Made by a program: the position numbers and the translations under genes. Positions 12,082 to 23,300 of a DNA stretch of 64,000 bases are shown one piece after another; the first letter of the stretch is position 1; the number at the start of each line of letters is the position of its first letter. This stretch comes from Chiloscyllium plagiosum (Eukaryota). The notes under the pieces are model-generated. The model saw only the letters and a list, made by a program, of their open reading frames with translations, was not told the DNA's origin and did not search any database. The stretch is taken from positions 53,180,722-53,244,721 of the forward strand of contig NC_057726.1 of assembly GCF_004010195.1 (NCBI RefSeq), read 5' to 3'.

Positions 12082-12466
12082 TTATAAAAACACTTTAACT
12101 TAATGAAAAGGCTCTCAAGATATTTCACAGCAAAGCGAAATTAGACAGCCAACTTAATTCAATATTAGGACAGATTTGTTAGATGTAGAAACAAATACAA
12201 AGATTGCTGAAAATCTCAGCATGTCTGGCAGCATCTGTGGAGAGAAACAGAGCTTATGTTTCGGGTTCAGTGACCCTTCTTCAGAGAAAAGCGTCACCAG
12301 ACCTGAAGCATTAACTCTGTTTTCTTTCCACGAATGCTGCCAGATCTGCTGAATTTTTCCATTTCCAGCATTCACAGTTTTTTTTGTTAGGTGTAAGTTT
12401 TATTGAGTGACATAAATTGAGTGGAGTGGCTTAGAGAGGAAATTCCATGCTTAGGGAACAGGTGTG
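12082..12466. repeat. Left arm of ~385-bp inverted duplication (partner 13557-13940)
   Basis: Direct reverse-complement match with few substitutions. The ORF track shows near-identical peptides at 12154-12375(-) and 13647-13868(+). Confidence 0.95.
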
Positions 12467-12809
12467 CCCTAATTAAATTGAAAAGGCCAGAGCCATCTAT
12501 GCTCCAGGGAAAACAGACCCATTCAACCTCTCCCTATAGCTCAAATTCCTCCAACGCTAGCAACATCCTTGCACATCTTTTCTTAAATCTTACAAGTTTC
12601 CCAACATCCTTCTGATAGGACACCAGCATTGCCTGCAAGATTTCAAAAGCAATGTCCTGTATGGCCTCAACAGATCTCCCAACTCCTGCACTCAATACTC
12701 TCACCGATAAAAGAAAGCAAACCAAATACCTTCATCACTATCCTATTTACCTGTGACTATACTTTCAAGGAGCTATGAACCTGCACTCCAAGGCCTCTGT
12801 TCAGCAGTA

Positions 12810-12980
12810 CAAGAGATTGATTGTGTTAGGGGACTCTAGTCCGAGGAACAGTCAGACGTTTCAGTGGCCAGCAGATGTTTCAGTGGCCAGCAGCGAAAAA
12901 GCAGAATGGTGTGTTGTTTCTGTGGTGCCAGGACCAAGGATGTCTCAGAGAGGGTGCAGAATGTGCTGAAGGGGGAGAGG
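12810..12980 (+). repeat. Inner inverted copy of a CR1 ORF1 segment (partner 13259-13413)
   Basis: Both copies encode the same unusual variant FSGQQRKSRMVCCFCGAR. This copy also has a small tandem duplication of tttcagtggccagcag. Confidence 0.9.
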
Positions 12981-13550
12981 AGCATACTTGTACAGGTAAT
13001 TTCTACCCCAAAAGAGATTCCAATTATCCAAAAATGTGAATCCTTCTCCCATACACCAGTTCCTCAGCCACATATTCAACTGCTCTGTCCTCCTATTCCT
13101 GCCCTCACTAGATCGTAGCACTGGGAGTAATCCAGATATTACTACTCTCAAGGACCTCCTTTTTAAATTCCTGCCTGAATCTGTAATCTCCCTTCAGAAT
13201 CTCAACCTTTTCCCTTCCTGTCATTGGTTCTAATGTGTACAATGACCTCCTGTAGGCCCCTCTTCCCCCTTCAGCACATTCTGCAGCCTCTCTGAGACAT
13301 CCTTGGCCCTGGCACCACAGAAACAGCACACCATTCTGCTTTTTCGCTGCTGGCCACTGAAACGTCTGTCTGTACCTCGGACTAGAGAATCCACTAACAC
13401 AATTGATCTCTTGGAACCCAACGTACCCCTCGTTACATTACAGCCAGTCTCAATACCAGAAACTTGGCTGTTAGAGATACATTCCCCTGTGAATCGATCA
13501 CCCCATACATTTTCCGAAATAGCATACTTCTTTGAAATGGGGTTAGTCAC
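12981..13550 (-). mobile_element. CR1 ORF1 (SGNH esterase-like) fragment
   Basis: IVLVDSLVRGTDRRF...VCC..GARAKDV, VVISGLLPV and LNMWLRNWCMGEGFTFLDNW. Confidence 0.85.
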
Positions 13551-13556
13551 AGAATT

Positions 13557-13940
13557 CACACCTGTTCCCTAAGCATGGAATTTCCTCTCTAAGCCACTCC
13601 ACTCAATTTATGTCACTCATTAAACTTACACCTAACAAAAAAAACTGTGAATGCTGGAAATGGAAAAACTCAGCAGATCTGGCAGCATTCGTGGAAAGAA
13701 AACAGAGTTAATGCTTCAGGTCTGGTGACGCTTTTCTCTGAAGAAGGGTCACTGAACCTGAAACATAAGCTCTGTTTCTCTCCACAAACACTGCCAGACA
13801 TGCTGAGATTTTCAGCAATCTTTGTATTTGTTTCTACATCTAACAAATCTGTCCTAATATTGAATTAAGTTGGCTGTCTAATTTCGCTTTGCTGTGAAAT
13901 ATCTTGAGAGCCTTTTCACTAAGTTAAAGTGTTTTTGTAA
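13557..13940. repeat. Right arm of inverted duplication, abutting the promoter
   Basis: Reverse complement of 12082-12466; contains an old fold-back PLE mini-element (CTGAAGA-AGGGTC-ACTG-AACCT-GAAA near 13738-13763). Confidence 0.95.
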
Positions 13941-14253
13941 CGATAGTTTACGATGAAGAAATGCCACAAACCACGCACCTAAACACCAAACGCCCCACCA
14001 CTACAATACACATGCTCGATGCAGGCCTACGGCAGAGGTTACGCATGCGTATTCGCGGAAAGTTTGTCGGCGAAACCAGCGCATGCTCAGTATTCAGTAC
14101 GAGGCACGTACGTACGGTTTCTATGGTTCCGCTGTGGGGAGGAGACGTTGGCACTACGCATGCTCGGTGTGTATGGTCAGCTGACTTAGTCAGGTGGTGT
14201 GTAACAGCTGGGAATCTGATTTCTGAGACAGCTTCTCGCTCTCCACTTCCGAC
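13941..14253 (+). promoter_or_regulatory. CpG-rich housekeeping-type promoter / 5' UTR of ATP6V0D1
   Basis: Abrupt CpG enrichment in a CpG-depleted background. NRF1-like sites TACGCATGCGTA (14040-14051), GCGCATGCTC (14079-14088) and ACGCATGCTC (14157-14166). ETS/GABP-like CACTTCCG (14244-14251). Palindromic E-box GTCAGCTGAC (14176-14185). No obvious TATA box. Confidence 0.8.
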
Positions 14254-14383
14254 ATGGGTTCTTTTAACGAACTGTACTTCAATGTGGACAATGGCTATCT
14301 GGAGGGGCTAGTGAGAGGTTTTAAGGCCGGCATCTTGTCGCAGGGTGATTACCTGAACTTGGTGCAATGCGAGACACTTGAAG
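14254..14383 (+). CDS. ATP6V0D1: ATP6V0D1 coding exon 1
   Basis: gacATGG start; [43 protein letters not shown]; donor AAG|gtgagc. Confidence 0.97.
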
Positions 14384-17300
14384 GTGAGCGAGTGCTGGCT
14401 TCGGGCCTGGTTGATGTATAAGAGGGACAGGGGCCTGCTCCCAGCTCCAGAGTTATCCATTCGATTTACTGGCCCTCTGCACAAACAACTCCCCTAGTGT
14501 CGCCTGTAGTCTTTTTCTTTCCCCCCTTGTTCAGAGTTTGCTAATGACAGATTTACCTGTGGCTTTCAAACAATCTCCACACAGGCAGTACATTCCAGAT
14601 CCTAATCAGGCAACGTTTTTTTTAAAAAAAATGTTCATGTTATTTTGATTTACCAGTCATTTTAAATCTTTGTCTTTTGGTTCTCAGCCCTTTTGTCAAT
14701 GGGAGTTTTACCCACTCTGTATAGGATTTCTCCTATGATTATCAATGTCAAATCTGCTTAACCTTCTAGGAGCCTAACCCCACTTCTCAAATTTGTGCAT
14801 GTGATTGAAGTACCCCATAATCTTATTGGCATCTTTAAAGCTCTCGCATCCTTCCTAAAATATGGTGTTCAGAAATGGATATGTTACTCTTAAGCTGAAC
14901 CAGTGTTTTATAAAAGGGTTTAATATCCTTGTTTTTGTATTGTTAGTCTTCAGCTGCCCTTGTTACTAGATAAGGCAAGGACAACAATGGGAACAGGAGG
15001 CAGTTAATAAGGTTCTGATTAAGGCTATCAGTCTTGTCCAGGGAGAACAAACACCTTTTGCCTGAGGCTGAAAGTAAAGTCCACATGTAGGGCTCCAGAC
15101 CATTTTGCCAGCTTGGAGTCAGTCAGACCCCCCTACTGTGATCTCCAGTCTCACTCTGTCAGAGGGCAGGCATGCAATCCATACTGCAGTGAGTCCTTTT
15201 AATAGTGGATCTTTAACCCTTGAGATCCAATAAATCATTATAAGCAAATAAGAATTGAACTTATTCTTTTGTGGTTCTCTAACTTTGTCAAGTAGATGGA
15301 GAAAAACTTCCCATTGGTGAACAAGAAGGCATAGATTTCAGCTCACTGGCAAAGGAAGCAATGCAGACATAAAGACAAACCTTTTGAGACAGCAAGATAT
15401 GAGATCTGAAATGTGCTACCTGAGAATATGATGGAGACAAGTCCAATCAAGATGTTCAAGAGGAAATTAGACTTTGTTGAAAATGATGAAGCAGGCCTGT
15501 GAGGGGAGGAATTGATCCTATTATTTAACCCAGTTAACTGCCTCTTCATGAGCCAGCAGATGGTTGATAGCCCAGACTTCCTTCTGCACTGTATCTTTCC
15601 TGGCCAATATGTGTCCCTCAATGAAAAATAGAATATAGACATAAATAGCTGATTTGATCATTGTCACATTACTGATTATGGGAGCATTCTGTGCACAATT
15701 CTGCCGCCACGGTTTCGACAATGCACTGGTGACTACACTTCAAACAGTGGCTACAAACTGTTCTCAAATGTGAGGTAGTCATGAAAAGTGGTTTTTATAT
15801 GCATATAGGATCCCAATTTATATTGGATAACAAGGGTAGTTTTCTGATAACCTAATTAAAATGGGCAGCAGGCAGAGTAACAATGGAAAGTGGAGTGCAG
15901 ATTTGGGTTAAGACGTTTGAGTGCTAGTTTAGTTTTATCACTCAGTTCGAAGCTTCAGAGTATAGACATGTATGTGCCGACAACAGGGTACTTTTGCATT
16001 GGCCCCAAAGTCACACACACAAATGATCATAACAAAAATGCAAGCGCCGTCTGACGAACTCTCTCAAACATACCCAAGCTGATTTTACCTTCATGTTTGT
16101 GCTCAGGAGGCAATGTATCCGTAATATGGAGTTCATTCAGGCTACTTTGACAAGAAAAGAAAAATAATTAATAGTCAAAGGCTGAATTTTCATCAGGGGA
16201 ATTTATTTAAAGGAAAATTTCCAATAAATCTACAAAGGCTTTAATAGAAGAGGGATTTTGTTTTCTCTTGTCAGTCCCAGGTCACCTCTGCAGGAGCTTC
16301 TTAAGGTAGAATCTGTAAATCCAACAATCTTAAGCTACTTCAATGATGATCTTCCTTCCCTTTATGATGAGGTCAAAGTGGGGATGTTCACTGGTCGTAT
16401 ATTGGTCAGTGTGATTGGGGGCTCCTCATACTGAAATGGTCCATGTCCATATGCTGCAAAACTTGGACAATGTCCATGCTATACTGCTGGTAACTGACAG
16501 TAATTTCATGGCATATATGCCAGGCAATGACCATCTCCAACAAGAGAGAATCCAAATGTTGCCCTTTACTTACCACCATTGAATCCCCCACTATCAAAAT
16601 CATAGAGGTCAGCATTGACCAAAAAACTGATCTGGCCTAGCGATGTAAATAATATGGTTATTATGGAACTCCAAGGTAAGTAACTTGCATATTGGCATTA
16701 TGTTACAGTTCCTTTTATTGTTGGTTGAAATACTGGAATGCCATCCATACATTGCAGTGATTCAAGAATTCAGCTTGTCACCATCACATCTGGGGCATCT
16801 AAGGATGGATAATGAGTGTGCTGGCCTAGCTAATAAAACCCACATCCCATGAATTAAGTTTCAAGTTGAGTTAAGCATGTTCTGCCTTGAAAATCTGTGC
16901 TTGCTTTCCTTCATCCACACTGTTAATTTTTGTTCTGGATTATCATTTCTAAAATCCTTCCCTTGCATAAATTAAACTGACTAGCTACTGGATTTAACCT
17001 TTTTCTATTGAGTTTGAAAGACTTTTGGATTCCCTTTTTATGTTGCTTCCTCTCTCTCTTCTCACTTCCCCTCTGAACTTCCTATATTCATTTTAGTTCT
17101 CATTTGTCCAGGATGTTGTCCTGTCTTTCCCATTGATGGGAATATACCTTGACTATACATGAGCCATCTCCAAGGTAGCTCATTGTTCAGTTATCACTTT
17201 GGTTGTGAAACTTTAGTTAGTTTGTCTGGGTATATATGTTCTCAACCCAGTTAAACTGGTTTAACTTCAAATGTATTTTTACTCTAGATTGCTCCGTATC

Positions 17301-20300
17301 CCTTATCCATAACTAATTAAATCCCTATGGTTGTATGATCTCTGTTCACCTACTGATTTATATTTGGTTCATTCACCAAAAGAGACATTGACTTCACGCT
17401 GCTGTTACTGGATCAGCAATCCACAAACCCCAAGATAATTCTCAGAATGTGGGTTTCAATCCCACCACTGGGAAATTTCGAGCACCTTAATTAAATCTGG
17501 AATATAAGGCTAGTTTCATTCCCCAGAATTAGAGCTAGCAATGCCTCTCATTATATTAGAAATATAATGCTGTAGCAAATTTTCCTACACTCATTTCAGA
17601 CTCTTTACCGTATAGCTATCCAACAGGTTAGGATAATTGGAGCCCCAATTGTATCCCTCCCCCATCATTCTATCACCCACCTTTACAGCTGCAAGGTTTT
17701 CCACTGCAAACTTACTTCCAGTATCCTTATAGTGGTTGGCAACTGTTAGAACAATGACTTTTTCAATTCTAACACATGGATTCTGTCCTTACCTCTCCAT
17801 GCCAGCCTTTCTGTAACTGAAATGGCAGAAGTACTGAATAGCTACTTTGTCTCATTATATAGCGAAGTGAATATGACATTGAGATCAAAAAAGATACAAA
17901 GTATTTTATGGACGTAAAAAATCATTGAGTGGCGCCTATTTCTTGGCCTAAAAATATTTTAGAATATAGTGCAATTTAAACAATATTGTAAGCTAAAGTT
18001 TAAGCAGCACTCTTTATGGAGCCATGCTTTACACGTGTAGCAAATTCTTTTACTCTCACTTCCTGCTTCTAGAAATCTTATCTGATGTTGAAATTCAGAA
18101 TTGTGACATCCATGTAATTGCTTTTGTGTTCCAAACAGTGTTTAAATACAATTTATAAATGTAATTTAATTTGATTTCTTATGCCAAGCCATGAATTGGC
18201 ATACAGAACAAAGTGTATGCAATTCTGTATTAGCAAATGTGTTTGAAAAGTGTCTTCAGTGTGGTAACTTATCACGTGTACCACATATTGACATATTTGA
18301 GTCAGAAATTCTGGAGCATTTCTGTCAAGACTGTTAATTGCTCTCATTGATGCTAGTGGAAGGTGAGTGGTCTTTGTCTGCACTTGATGTTTTGGATTTT
18401 ATCCAGATTAGATGCAATAGTGCTTTCAGCCTTTTAAGTATGCCAGTTAAAATGTTTGATCTTGAGAAATTCTGGAGAGTTCAGAATGTTGCCTTTTGCC
18501 AATGAATGTTTCAAATAATGGAATGCTGAGGATGCATCAGAAGACTCTTCGATAGAAGAACCAATTGCCCTTGGTGCTGTGAGGCTACCTTGCTGGTGTT
18601 GATTTGAGTATGCAACTATAAAAAAGTACTTTTTTTTAAAACAATATCTTCACTCTTGTTCCAGAACAAACAATTTGCAAGAGAAAAACACAAGCATGAG
18701 AAATAGGAGCAGCAGTAGACACATCCATGCACTATCAAAAAAAAATCAGGTCAGAGGGCTTATGATGAATGATGCAAGTGGGATGCATTGGTTAGTGTAG
18801 ATTTCAGGAGCATGTCATACAGTCATGGAATCAGACCCTTTGGCCCAACTCAATCAGACCGACCAAGCTCCCTAAACTGAAGTAGTCCCATTTGCCTGCA
18901 TTTGGCCAATACGATCTAAATCTTTCCTATCCACGTACCTGTCCAAATGTTTTTTAAATATAGTAATTGTTCTCTCCTGTACCACTTCCTCTGGCAGCCT
19001 GTTCCATATACACACCACCCACTGCGTGCAACAGTTGCTCCTCAGCTTCCTTTTAAATCCCTTCTGGCCCCCACCTGCTGCCTCACCTTAAACCTCTAGT
19101 TTTGGACCTCCTACCCTGAGGAAAAGACCTTGGCTGTTTATCTTATTTATACCCCTTATGGTTTTTACAAACCTCTATAAGGTCACCCCTTCAGCCTCCA
19201 TTGCTTCAGGGGAAATAAAGTCCCAACCTATTCAACCTTCTTTTAACTCCAATCCTCCACTCTCTGTATCATCCTTGTAATTTTTTGCACACTCTCCACT
19301 TGATTAAAAATCCTTTCTATAGTAGGATGACCAGAATTGTATGCAGTTTTGACACGTAATTCTAGCAGACAAGATTTCAAGGAAAATGCAGAGGAACTGA
19401 TAATTTAACCAGCAACAAGATTAATTTGGTTCTTTGTGGAAGTTCTCTGCTGGAAATAGATGATTTTCCATTTTCTGGTATCCAAAATAAGGGTTTGGAC
19501 AGAGTAGGGTGGTAATAATAAACAAGCACCTAATTATTCTAATTGTGTTTTCTAGCACTTGGTCCATTGTCTTGTATCCATAGCATTGCAAATACACTTC
19601 TAAATACGGCTTAAATGTTATGACCAGAATTTTGTCTGGTCATTGATTCCTCCACCAAGAGGAAAAGTTCCTTCCTGTCTCCCCTATCCAGACTCCTTAT
19701 GTTATAATCGCAATCAGGTCATTCCTCAATTTTCTCTGCTCCAAGGAAAACAATCCTAGAATATACAGTCCCTCTTTGTAAATAAAATACTCCATATTGA
19801 GCAATATCGAGAAGAATCTCCACCCTCTCCAGTATGAATTTCAGACTTAAAAAAAGCTACTACTGTAACCTGTACGGTACTACTATAACCTCCCTGCTAT
19901 TAAATTCTTTCTCACCAATAAAAATCAAGTATCTCATATACCACCTCAAATACTTTATCTAACTGTCCTGCTAGCTTAAGGGTCTGGTGGACATGCATAC
20001 CGAAGTCCCTCTGATTCTCGGTGCTTCCCAGAGTCTTACCATTTATCATGCACTCCCTTGCCGTGTGTGTTCTGCCCAAATGCATCACCTTACATTTATC
20101 TGAATTGAATTCAATTTGCCACTGATCAGACTATCTAGATCTTCCTGTAATCTTAAGCTATCCTTTCTAGTTACCACCCCACCAATTTTTGTATAAGCCG
20201 TAAATTTATTGATCAACTCTCCATTTAATTTTAAATCATTTATAACTACCACAGATGACAAGGGCAATGGTTTTCTATTTTACAACATGACTACATTTCA

Positions 20301-23300
20301 AAAACGAGTGCCTTGTGGTCATGAAAGGCAATAAATGCACATCTTTTTCTTCATGTAGGGAGTGTTAAGGGAAAAGTTGCAGCCTGCTGTGTTCTTTGTG
20401 CATGGATTGTCAAGGAATTGGCTGTTCAAAGATTGTGTTTTGTTGTACCTAAAAGAGACTTGTTTAAAAAGAAAACTGGAGAGCTGAACAGTACAAACTG
20501 TACAATATTATGTAGTGTGATTTAAATGTTTAACTTATGGAATGTGGAAAATGATTTCTTGTTGTCTGTCTTCCACGTAGTTTAGATTCTCAGGTTTGCA
20601 ATTTATCAGTCTGTATAAATGTAAATTATTTTCCAGTTTTAAATTTTGTTAGAATGTTTATGATTACAATTAATTTCCTTATCTGCATTTTATAAGACCA
20701 TAAGACCATAAGACATAGGAGTGGAAGTAAGGCCATTCGGCCCATCGAGTCCACTCCACCATTCAATCATGGCTGATGTGCATTTCAGCTCCACTTACCA
20801 GCGTTCTCCCCGTAGCCCTTAATTCCTCTAGACAACAAGAATCTATCAATCTCGGCCTTGAAGACATTTAGCGTCCCAGCTTCCACTGCACTCCGTGGCA
20901 ATGAATCCCACAGGCCCACCACTCTCTGGCTGAAGAAATGCCTCCGCATTTCTGTGCTGAAATGACCCCCTCTAATTCTAAGGCTGTGTCCACAGGTCCT
21001 AGTCTCCTCGTTTAACTGAAACAATTTCCTAGCATCCACCTTTTCCAAGCCATGTATTATTTTGTACGCCTCTATTAAGTCTCCCCTTAATCTTCTAAAC
21101 TCCAACGAATACAATCCCAGTATCCTCAGCCATTCCTCATATGTTAGAACTGTCATTCCAGGGATCATCCGTGTGAATCTCCGCTGGACACGTTCCAGTG
21201 CCAGTATGTCCTTCCTGAGGTATGGGGACCAAAACTGGACACAGTACTCCAAATGGGGCCTAACCAGAGCTTTATAAAGTCTTAGTAGTACATCTCTGCT
21301 TTTATATTCCAACCCTCTTGAGATAAGAGACAACATTGCATTCGCTTTCTTAATCACGGACTCAACCTGCATGTTTACCTTTAGAGAATCCTCGACTAGC
21401 ACTCCCAGATCCCTTTGTGCATTGGCTTTATTAATTTTCTCACCATTTAGAAAGTAGTCTATGCTTGTATTCTTTTTGCCAAAGTGCAAGACCTCGCACT
21501 TGCTCACGTTAAATTCCATCAGCCACTTCCTGGACCACTCTCCCAACCTGTCTAGATCCTTCTGTAGCCACCCCACTTCCTCAGTACTACCTGCCTGTCC
21601 ACCTAACTTCGTACCATCGGCAAACTTCGCTAGAATGCCCCCGGTTCCCTCATCCAAATCATTAATATATAATGCGAACAGCTGTGGCCCCAGCACCAAA
21701 CCCTGCGGGACACCGCTCGTCACCGGCTGCCATTCTGAAAAAGAACCTTTTATCCCAACTCTCTGCCTTCTGTTAGACAGCCAATCCACAATCCATCCCA
21801 GCAGCTCACCTCGAACACCATGGGCCCTCACCATGCTCAGCAGCCTCCCATGATCATAACCCTTTAACATTTTTTGGAAAAAATTAAAGATAAAATACAA
21901 GACTTTTTTGTTTCAACCATTTAATTTGAAAGTTATACACATTACAGGACAAGAGAACTTAATTACTAGTGTGCTATCACAACTTTGATGAAGAAAGATA
22001 AAGGTGTTTAGTGGCCAAAAAAGGACCAATTGAAATGCATTGTACTATTGAATGTTTGCATGCTTAGAGTCAGTGAAATATGTATGCATTATATTGAACA
22101 AATAGCATAAGTTTTTAAAAATGAAGCCATCTTTCTACATTGAGAGATTTTTTTTAAGGGGGAATGCAATGATGCTATGGCTTTAAGAGGTGTAGTTTGT
22201 CTTTTCTTTTGAAAAGAGGTTTAGAGTCATAGTTGGTGAGTATCTATTCAAATCCAATAAATTTAATCGCTTGTGAGGCCTTTGTTTATTTTTCATTTAG
22301 AACAATAGAAGCTGTATGACTAGGTGGAGTCAGGCTCCCACAGATCTGGGGTTTTAATTTAGCTTTCAGTAGTTGTTGGGGTTTTGAATTTTGCTGTGGG
22401 AGCTGATACATTTCTCTGTTATAGCAAAAAGGTGGAGTTTACTCTGCCAGAATTTTCTCTTGGTGTTCTTTTCTCCTGGACTGGAGAAACATTGCATGTG
22501 AGATAATCTATTTTACTGAATTTGCCTTTACCAATGGTGTGCTTATGGAATGTTACTACATTGGAATGGTTGCTGTTTAGTTGAATAATCTGTTATTCTG
22601 TTAAGTTTTACAATAGAGTTAAAGTAATTCTGTTCAAATACACATGTTAAATACTTGGGCTAAGATAACTGTATAGCTGGTGCACATGCATTAACTGAAT
22701 CCTGTCAATGGGAACAACAGATAATTTTGGGCAAAATCTTTTGTTTTGGCAGCCACACATTTAATCAACATTTTAAAATTTATGGATCTGTGGGAAAAAT
22801 TAAGAACCAATGGGCATTCCAATTCAGAATGTTAGATTATTGAGGATCCAGTAGAATCTTTTTAGCAATATTATGGAATCCTAAAGAATTCACCCTTCTT
22901 CAAATAAACGTGGTAGCATCATGTGCAGTGACTGAGTGATGATGGTGATTTGAGAATTGTTGATCTTTTAAGGCAATAGCTGCAGTCTGGGAGGTCAAAA
23001 ATAGAAGAATGCATTTTCAAATTTTAAATAATTTTGGGATGTGAGCCTTGTTGACAATACTGGCCTTTATTGCCCATTCACATCTGCTCTGAGAAGTTGG
23101 TAGTGGACTTAGTTGTTAAACCCATCCGATTTTGCCTTCTCCCTTTCAAACTCCAGACTGAACTCTACCATATTATGGTCGCTACTTCCTAAGGGTTCCC
23201 TTACTTTAAGATCTTTTATAGAGTCTGGTTCATTGCAAAGCACTAGGTCCAGAATAGCCTGCTCTCTTGTGGGCTCCATGACAAGCTGTTCCAAAAAGCC

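Noticed and set aside
12082-13940. Composite DNA transposon with 385-bp TIRs
   Set aside because: The arms consist of old L2-like and PLE debris, there is no TSD or transposase, and the interior is CR1 fragments. A local inverted duplication explains it better.
13948-14311. ORFs overlapping the promoter (116 aa +, 68 aa -)
   Set aside because: They have no recognisable homology and are expected in GC-rich sequence; the real frame starts at 14254
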